NCBI GenBank assembly: GCA_965222075.1
Contig: OZ244937.1
Coordinates: 32,001 to 96,000 of the forward strand
Origin: Candidatus Latescibacterota bacterium
Lineage (GTDB): Bacteria; Latescibacterota; UBA2968; GCA-2709665
Length of the DNA: 64,000 nt
Direction: 5' to 3'
Shown: positions 58,307 through 64,000 of the stretch, piece by piece
Layout: the number at the start of each line of letters is the position of its first letter
How positions within the stretch are numbered: the stretch's first letter is position 1
Translations under genes and position numbers: made by a program
Notes under the pieces: generated by a model
Seen by the model: the letters and a program-made list of their open reading frames with translations, nothing else
The model's database searches: none
Told to the model about the DNA's origin: nothing

Positions 58307-58411
58307 GGACCAGCCAGGCAAAGACCTGTCTGCCTGCTTGCCTGTCTGCCTTCGGCACAGGCAGGCGCGCTGCGCGCAGGCAGGCGCACAGGCAGGCGCG
58401 GAGGATATTCG

Positions 58412-59596
58412 GTGGAGGAGATACGGATTGGCATCGCGGGGCTTGGTGGCCGCGCCCTGGCCTGGATCCGGCTGCTGCAAAGGATCCCTGGCTACCGCAT
58501 CACGGCGATCTGCGACTGGATCGAGCCGCTGTATGAGCGGGCGCTGGCGGAGATCGACTATCGCGACGACGTGAAGGTGTTCAGGGATTACGAGGATTTC
58601 CTCGGTTACGACGGGATCGATGCAGTCGGCCTGGTGGTACGGCAGAAAGAGGTGGGGGCGATGGCGACGCAGGCCCTGGAGGCGGGAAAACACGTGAACA
58701 GCGAGGTTCCGGCGGCCTACACCCTGGAGGATTGCTGGCGGATCGTGACGGCGGTGGAACGGACAGGACTGGTGTACAGTTTGGCAGAGCAGACGCGGTA
58801 CTGGGGGTTGGCGGAGGGGTGGCGGAAGCTGGTCTCAGAGGGACGACTGGGGAAGATCACCTACGCCGAGGGACAGTATATCCATTACATTGGCACTGGG
58901 CGGTGGTTTAGGGATTACAGGACGGGGAGGTTCTGTTCGATCGAGGAGCGGACAGATCACCCGGAAGCGGAGCCGGTCGAACACAGGCCGCCGATCATTG
59001 CCGCCTCCTATGACCTGAGTATCCTTTTGAAGGTCCTGGACGACCGTGTGGTGGAGGTGACTGCGATGGGTACGAAGTCACCCAGCTATGCGCATCCGGA
59101 GATAAGACGACCCGATTTTCAAGTTGCCTTGATGAAGACGGAAAAGGATACGCTGATCCGTATGCTGGACGGCCACACCCAACCGCGTCCACACGGCGAT
59201 TATCACTGGTGGCAGTTGATCGGGACGAAGGGCAGCGCCGAGTGGCGGCGGTCGCTTGGAGACAAGCCGAAGGTGTGGTTTGCCGACACCCAGATGAATG
59301 ACTGGGCAGAGGTGGACTGGCGGTACGAGCGCACGGATGCGCTCCCTGAGGCGCGGGGCAGCGGCCACAGCGATGCGGATTATTATGTGCACGCGAATTT
59401 TCGAGATGCGGTGCTGGCGGGTAAGCCGCTGGATTTTGACGTATACAGGGTGATGGACACGATGGCGCCGGCTGTTCTGGCGGTCGATTCGATCGAGGTG
59501 GGGAGCAGGCTGATGCGCGTGCCGGATTTTCGTCCAGGCGCAGACCGAACTGCGGGGGAGATGCCCGAGGATCTGGGAGGAATTGGGGTAAGGTAA
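58412..59596 (+). CDS. Gfo/Idh/MocA family protein, GH109-like
   Basis: GTG start after ggagga. GIAGLGGR, GKHVNSEVP, AEGQYIH, GSGHSDADY. Paralog of 54770..55975. Confidence 0.88.
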   Translation: MEEIRIGIAGLGGRALAWIRLLQRIPGYRITAICDWIEPLYERALAEIDYRDDVKVFRDYEDFLGYDGIDAVGLVVRQKEVGAMATQALEAGKHVNSEVPAAYTLEDCWRIVTAVERTGLVYSLAEQTRYWGLAEGWRKLVSEGRLGKITYAEGQYIHYIGTGRWFRDYRTGRFCSIEERTDHPEAEPVEHRPPIIAASYDLSILLKVLDDRVVEVTAMGTKSPSYAHPEIRRPDFQVALMKTEKDTLIRMLDGHTQPRPHGDYHWWQLIGTKGSAEWRRSLGDKPKVWFADTQMNDWAEVDWRYERTDALPEARGSGHSDADYYVHANFRDAVLAGKPLDFDVYRVMDTMAPAVLAVDSIEVGSRLMRVPDFRPGADRTAGEMPEDLGGIGVR

Positions 59597-59614
59597 TTAG
59601 AGATCAGGAGGGTC

Positions 59615-60511
59615 ATGAGGATGAAACCCATGGATTTGGGCGAGGCAGTCGATAGAATACACGAGAAAATCTCACCCTGGTTTGAGGGGAACGAAGCGTT
59701 AGAACGAGCCTGGAAACTCCTGGTGGCGAGTTTTCCGCGCCGCTCTGAAAGTCCTGGGAAGGGAAGAATGGAGGGGATGAGCATAGATGATCGCTGGTTG
59801 CCTCCATCGCCACACAAAGAGAAGGTGTTGAGGGTCATCCGTGAAGGACTGGGCCACATCGTGGTACGCGGGAACAATGTCTCCCCTCTGTTCGTGTCCA
59901 AATGGGGCGGGGTTATGGAACTTTCCAGCGTGCGATGGGACGGGAAAGGACTTGCAGCCTTTTGTGATTCTTCGACAGCCGGTCAGACCAGGCATCCGGA
60001 CCCCTGCGCTGCGCTGGATGAGCTAAAAGGGCTTCTCAAGGATGAGCCTGAATCGGTCAAGACGGACAAAGACCGTCTAAATCAACTCATAGACGACCTG
60101 GATCTGATGTACTCCAATATGCAAAGGCGTTGCGAGGAATACGAAAGGTTTTCAGCCGACATCGTTCATCTACACCAACAGATGGAGAAAGTGAGCAGGC
60201 CCGATACAGTGCAGGCCCGTCGGAAGTTGAGCGAAATCCGTACTGCGCTGCAAGCGTCTAAACCGGAACAGGTGCACAAACTTGCTGAGGTCGTACGGCG
60301 CATAGGGGGGGATTTGGAAAGATGCCTCTCAAAGCATAAAGACCTGGCAGTTAAAGTCGGCAGATTATATGAGAATATCAAGGGTGGCAGAGAATGGAGA
60401 GAAGGGCAGGCCCTGTACCTGGACGGCTGGATGAGGTTCACGGACGGACGGTATGAAAAATCAGCGAATCCATTGAGTGTCGAGACAACCGTAAACGGGG
60501 AGGAAACGTAG
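59615..60511 (+). CDS. Hypothetical protein with C-terminal coiled coil
   Basis: RBS aggagg, 298 codons, visibly more A-rich than neighbours. No recognised motif. Confidence 0.6.
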   Translation: MRMKPMDLGEAVDRIHEKISPWFEGNEALERAWKLLVASFPRRSESPGKGRMEGMSIDDRWLPPSPHKEKVLRVIREGLGHIVVRGNNVSPLFVSKWGGVMELSSVRWDGKGLAAFCDSSTAGQTRHPDPCAALDELKGLLKDEPESVKTDKDRLNQLIDDLDLMYSNMQRRCEEYERFSADIVHLHQQMEKVSRPDTVQARRKLSEIRTALQASKPEQVHKLAEVVRRIGGDLERCLSKHKDLAVKVGRLYENIKGGREWREGQALYLDGWMRFTDGRYEKSANPLSVETTVNGEET

Positions 60512-60586
60512 GGGAATGGGGGTCTGTATGGAGGCGGAGTACAATTGCGACTACCGGCGGGAAGGGATTGAAAGGAGGACTTGAGG

Positions 60587-61447
60587 ATGGCGAAGAATCT
60601 TCTGGAGATGCTGAAAGAGGACGTGGTTTTGAGTGACGGGGGGATGATCCTGGAGGCGAGGTGGCGCGGGTATGATACGCCCAGGGCGATTGTGGAACAT
60701 CCGGACGCGATCCGGCAGATTCACAGAGATTTCTACAATGCAGGCTCTCAGGTGCTTGAGGCGGTGACGTGGTTTTGCTCCAGGTCTCAGCTGGAGCGGA
60801 ATTTCGGGTGGGGAGACCGGCTGGACGAGGTGAACCGGATGGGTGTGCAATTGGCGGTGGAAGCGTCGGACGGGGAGGCGCCGGTGGGCGGGTGCCTGGT
60901 GTCGACCAGGACCGGGTCGTGGGAGGGCGATCCGATTTTCGATCCGGACGATGCGTCGTCGCACGCCCGGGCGCAGGCGGAGTGGGAGGAGCAGATTGCG
61001 ATCCTGGTGGATGCGGGCGCGGATTTTCTGATTCCCGAGACCTTCAGTCGACTGGATGAGGTGCGGGTGTGTCTGGAGAGTTGCAAGAAGGCGGACATTC
61101 CGACAATGGTGTTGATGGGCCTTGGGAACAGGACGCCGGACGGCGCATCTCCGGCGGAGTGCGCTCGCATTCTGGTTGACGAGGGCGCGGATGTTGTGGG
61201 CACGGTTTGCAGCGGCCGCCCAAGCAGCATGTGGCCTGTGGTACTGGAGATGCGGGAGGCGGTGGATGTGCCGATCGGCTATCAGCCGAGCGGTTACGCC
61301 GGCCCCAACGCGATGGTTCCCGTGGAGGAGATGGCCGAGTATGCCCTGAAGGCGAAGGCGGAGGGTATCAACTTCGTCGGCGCTTGCTGCTATGCCGGTC
61401 CCAAGCACATTCGGGCCATGGCCAAGGCTCTGGGCCGCAAGGGGTGA
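60587..61447 (+). CDS. HMT family protein (#9)
   Basis: LSDGGM, LIPETF, GTVC, GACCYAGP. Central block nearly identical to #6. Confidence 0.9.
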   Translation: MAKNLLEMLKEDVVLSDGGMILEARWRGYDTPRAIVEHPDAIRQIHRDFYNAGSQVLEAVTWFCSRSQLERNFGWGDRLDEVNRMGVQLAVEASDGEAPVGGCLVSTRTGSWEGDPIFDPDDASSHARAQAEWEEQIAILVDAGADFLIPETFSRLDEVRVCLESCKKADIPTMVLMGLGNRTPDGASPAECARILVDEGADVVGTVCSGRPSSMWPVVLEMREAVDVPIGYQPSGYAGPNAMVPVEEMAEYALKAKAEGINFVGACCYAGPKHIRAMAKALGRKG

Positions 61448-61814
61448 GACTGAAGGGGGTGAGATTTGCAGGGTTTCGGATATGGAGAGATCCGGCGTCG
61501 GGCGTGAGTGGCCGATGGGTGTATCGGGTTCTGAAGCAGGGGAAATAGCTTGGTACGGTACTGAGATTGTATTAACTTAGGCCAGGTTTATCCTGAGCAG
61601 CTTGAGGAGATGGGGTTCCGACTCTTATGTGCCGTGCGCGAACCTATTCTGGTACTGGCCGGAGAGGAATAGCATAGGCAAAAGATCGAACACCTTGAGA
61701 CCAAACCCGTTAAATAGGGAGAGGTGTCCAATCCCATGGCTTTGAGGCGGTGCTGGCCTCCAGGTGCCAAATCCGGAATGAGCAACGGAGCAGAATAATG
61801 GTGCACCAGAAGGC

Positions 61815-63761
61815 GTGACCTCGGCGCGCTTTGTCACCCTGTGTCTCGGGTCGCTGGCTCTGCTTTCCCTTGGCGGGGCCTGGCAATTGAGCTGGACCGA
61901 GTATGTGCGGCTGGCCCTGATCGGTGGGGGATTGGTCTGGATGTACCTTACCATCAGGAGGGGAGGAGCGGGCCACGCCGGTCCGGCTCCCGTCGTGGAG
62001 CGGTATTTCCCGCACATCCTGGCAGCCGTTTTCATTTTTCTTATCACCCAGTTCGACCCGGCGACAAGCCGCGTCGGTCTTACCTATCCGCGCGATCCGT
62101 TTAATTGGTATTTCTGGATCTCCAGCTTGCTGGCCGGGCTCGCTTTCGGGGCTACTGCCGTGAGCGCATTCAGAGGGCGGGCACCGGGCTGGGGGTGCCT
62201 CGACGCCGTGGACAAGCTGGTGCTAACCGTATGCGTTGGAACTGTCCTGCTGTCGGCAGCGGTCGGACTGGTCTTCGACCAGGCCGTGGAGTCGTCGGCG
62301 GTGCGGTGGGGCGGCGGCCTCAAGGTCGCCGCCTATCTCATGCTCTGGTTCGCCACGACCCGCTCCCTGCGGCCGGCCGGTGCGGACCCGCCGTCGGTCC
62401 GTTCCGCCGCACAGGTCCTGCTGGCGGTCGTGCTGCTGGTCTTTGCCGGGGTCGGAGTGGTGGGACTCTACCGCACGACGACGACCTGGTTCACCTATTC
62501 CAAGGGACAGGCGCTTTTCAAAGCGGAGGAGTACTCCGATGCCCTCTCCCATTATCAGCGAGCGCGGCGGGCCAATCGCACGCTCGACCTGGCTTGGATC
62601 CGCCGGGGATGCTGGTCGGCGTTGCTGGCTCTGTACCGCCAGCGCGGCGACCAGGGAGGTGTGGAGGAGGTGGTGGCCGAGGTCGCGACCTACTACGATA
62701 GAGGGCACGACTGCGGTTTCGTAGGAGATATGTACTACGAGGCCGGGTTGTGGGAGCAGGCGATTCCCTCCTACAAAGAGGCCCTGAGGGGGGGGTACAG
62801 CGACCAGAAAACAATCGACAAGCTGGCATTCTGTTATCTGAGGACGAATAACCGTACCGCCCTGGTGGAGCTCGTAAAAGGTTTTAAGTACATACCCGGT
62901 CTTCCTGCGACCACCTATGATGAGCACATGCTGCTGGGCGAGAGCAGTTTTTCGCTTGGGGCGCTGGATCGAGCCTTCTCCCGGTTCGAGCGGGCGGCCG
63001 CCCTGTCGCCGGACCATGATCTGGCTCCTTTCAAGATGGGCCAGGTGCGATTGGCCCAGGGCGATCCGCGGGCGGCCATGGGCCATTTCCGGCGGGCGGT
63101 CCAATTGAACGCTGGTTTTGCGGAAGCCCATTACCAGTTGGGGGTCTGCTACGAACGGCTGGAACAGACCCGGCAGGCGTACCAGGCCTATAGAGCAGCC
63201 CTGGAAGTCGTCCCCGGACATCTGAAGGCCCTGCAAGCGCTGGGGGCACTAACCGCCCACCATCCCTACTCCTTCGACCACCAGCGCCTGGAGCAGTATA
63301 CGCCCAGCATTCGGCTCGCCTATACCCTGGGCGGCTACGTTGAGTTGTTGGGTATCGATGTCGGCAGTCCGACCATTGCCCCGGGGCAGTCGGTGGAGAT
63401 CATATTCTACTGGCGGCTGAGCCGGGATCTTCTGCTGGAAGACTCGACCGACCTGAAAAGGTTTAGCGTCAAATTCTTCGTCTACGATGGTAATTTGCGC
63501 TTCCTGGTGGCCTTCCAGAGTCCCCTTTTCAGACCGGGCCTGAAGCAGTGGCGGATGGGAGAGGTGATCAAGCAAGAGGAGTCTTTCTCTATCCCGGAGT
63601 ACGCGGCTCAGGTCCGTCGCAACGGCGTTCAGTTGAATAAGGAGGAGGCGCGCCGGATACCTCTTCCCAGGGACAGGCCTTGTGAGATCAAAATCGGGCT
63701 GCGGAGAGAGTGGCGGTTGATCGATACGCGGCGCCTTCGCGGCGCCCTATACCTGGAGTAA
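61815..63761 (+). CDS. Membrane protein with multiple N-terminal TM segments and TPR repeats
   Basis: About seven hydrophobic segments, TPR motifs (AEAHYQLGVCY), C-terminal LLGID..PGQ...FYW beta domain. Confidence 0.75.
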   Translation: MTSARFVTLCLGSLALLSLGGAWQLSWTEYVRLALIGGGLVWMYLTIRRGGAGHAGPAPVVERYFPHILAAVFIFLITQFDPATSRVGLTYPRDPFNWYFWISSLLAGLAFGATAVSAFRGRAPGWGCLDAVDKLVLTVCVGTVLLSAAVGLVFDQAVESSAVRWGGGLKVAAYLMLWFATTRSLRPAGADPPSVRSAAQVLLAVVLLVFAGVGVVGLYRTTTTWFTYSKGQALFKAEEYSDALSHYQRARRANRTLDLAWIRRGCWSALLALYRQRGDQGGVEEVVAEVATYYDRGHDCGFVGDMYYEAGLWEQAIPSYKEALRGGYSDQKTIDKLAFCYLRTNNRTALVELVKGFKYIPGLPATTYDEHMLLGESSFSLGALDRAFSRFERAAALSPDHDLAPFKMGQVRLAQGDPRAAMGHFRRAVQLNAGFAEAHYQLGVCYERLEQTRQAYQAYRAALEVVPGHLKALQALGALTAHHPYSFDHQRLEQYTPSIRLAYTLGGYVELLGIDVGSPTIAPGQSVEIIFYWRLSRDLLLEDSTDLKRFSVKFFVYDGNLRFLVAFQSPLFRPGLKQWRMGEVIKQEESFSIPEYAAQVRRNGVQLNKEEARRIPLPRDRPCEIKIGLRREWRLIDTRRLRGALYLE

Positions 63762-63769
63762 TCGTTGCT

Positions 63770-64000
63770 GTGACGGTGGCTATCCGAGTTCTGTTGATGG
63801 GCCTTTTCGTGTGTATCCCCCTGGTCCCCTTCCATTTCCTGAACCTGAACAAGCTCTCCGGCCCGCTCTTCCTGGGTGCCCAGGCCGTGCGCTTCGCCCC
63901 CTTTGGGGTGGGACTGATCATAGGCGTTCTGTGGGCGGCGCGCGTCCTGCGGCGGCGGGAATGGCCCGGGCCCCTGGCCGGGGTGCTGGTGGGTTTGTTC
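63770..64000 (+). CDS. Membrane protein, 5' part (runs off the window)
   Basis: Open hydrophobic frame VTVAIRVLLMGLFVCIPLVPF... continues to the window end. Confidence 0.55.
   Translation, partial: MTVAIRVLLMGLFVCIPLVPFHFLNLNKLSGPLFLGAQAVRFAPFGVGLIIGVLWAARVLRRREWPGPLAGVLVGLF

Noticed and set aside
48099-58400. CRISPR array in the cctgtctg or other short repeats
   Set aside because: No regular repeat-spacer periodicity and no cas genes.
5649-61447. Calling the HMT genes metH, mmuM or bhmt
   Set aside because: They have no cobalamin or pterin domains, and the methyl donor cannot be read from the sequence.
61551-61573. Possible sigma54 promoter (ggtactgagattgta)
   Set aside because: It lacks the invariant -12 GC and lies far from the next start codon.

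Overview
High-GC bacterial chromosomal segment. The gene content (PorV/PorQ barrels, T9SS-CTD-like secreted proteins, GWxTD and DUF6785-type proteins) suggests an FCB-group candidate phylum such as Latescibacterota; this is an inference. All ~39 credible CDSs lie on the + strand and none is a recognisable transcription regulator. The window is a paralog-rich catabolic or uptake locus. It holds nine homocysteine S-methyltransferase (HMT) domains, one fused to a class I SAM methyltransferase, and three near-identical ~600-aa deacetylase-like genes that differ in mosaic patches at predicted active-site loops. It also holds two TonB-receptor / CTD protein / PorV triads, three DUF6785-type membrane proteins, three Gfo/Idh/MocA proteins and two DegT aminotransferases (one lacking the PLP lysine). 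Single-copy genes encode CocE, GGT and C45 hydrolases, a PhyH dioxygenase and a ligand-less cyclase-fold protein. A frameshifted exonuclease-RecQ-UvrD helicase sits between 99-bp inverted repeats, followed by a second inverted-repeat element and a HEPN/MNT remnant. The leader of the second TonB receptor contains a sigma70 promoter, a divergent c-di-GMP-I (GEMM)-like aptamer and an overlapping terminator. No rRNA, tRNA or CRISPR array was seen. All family calls come from motif recognition by eye, not database searches.
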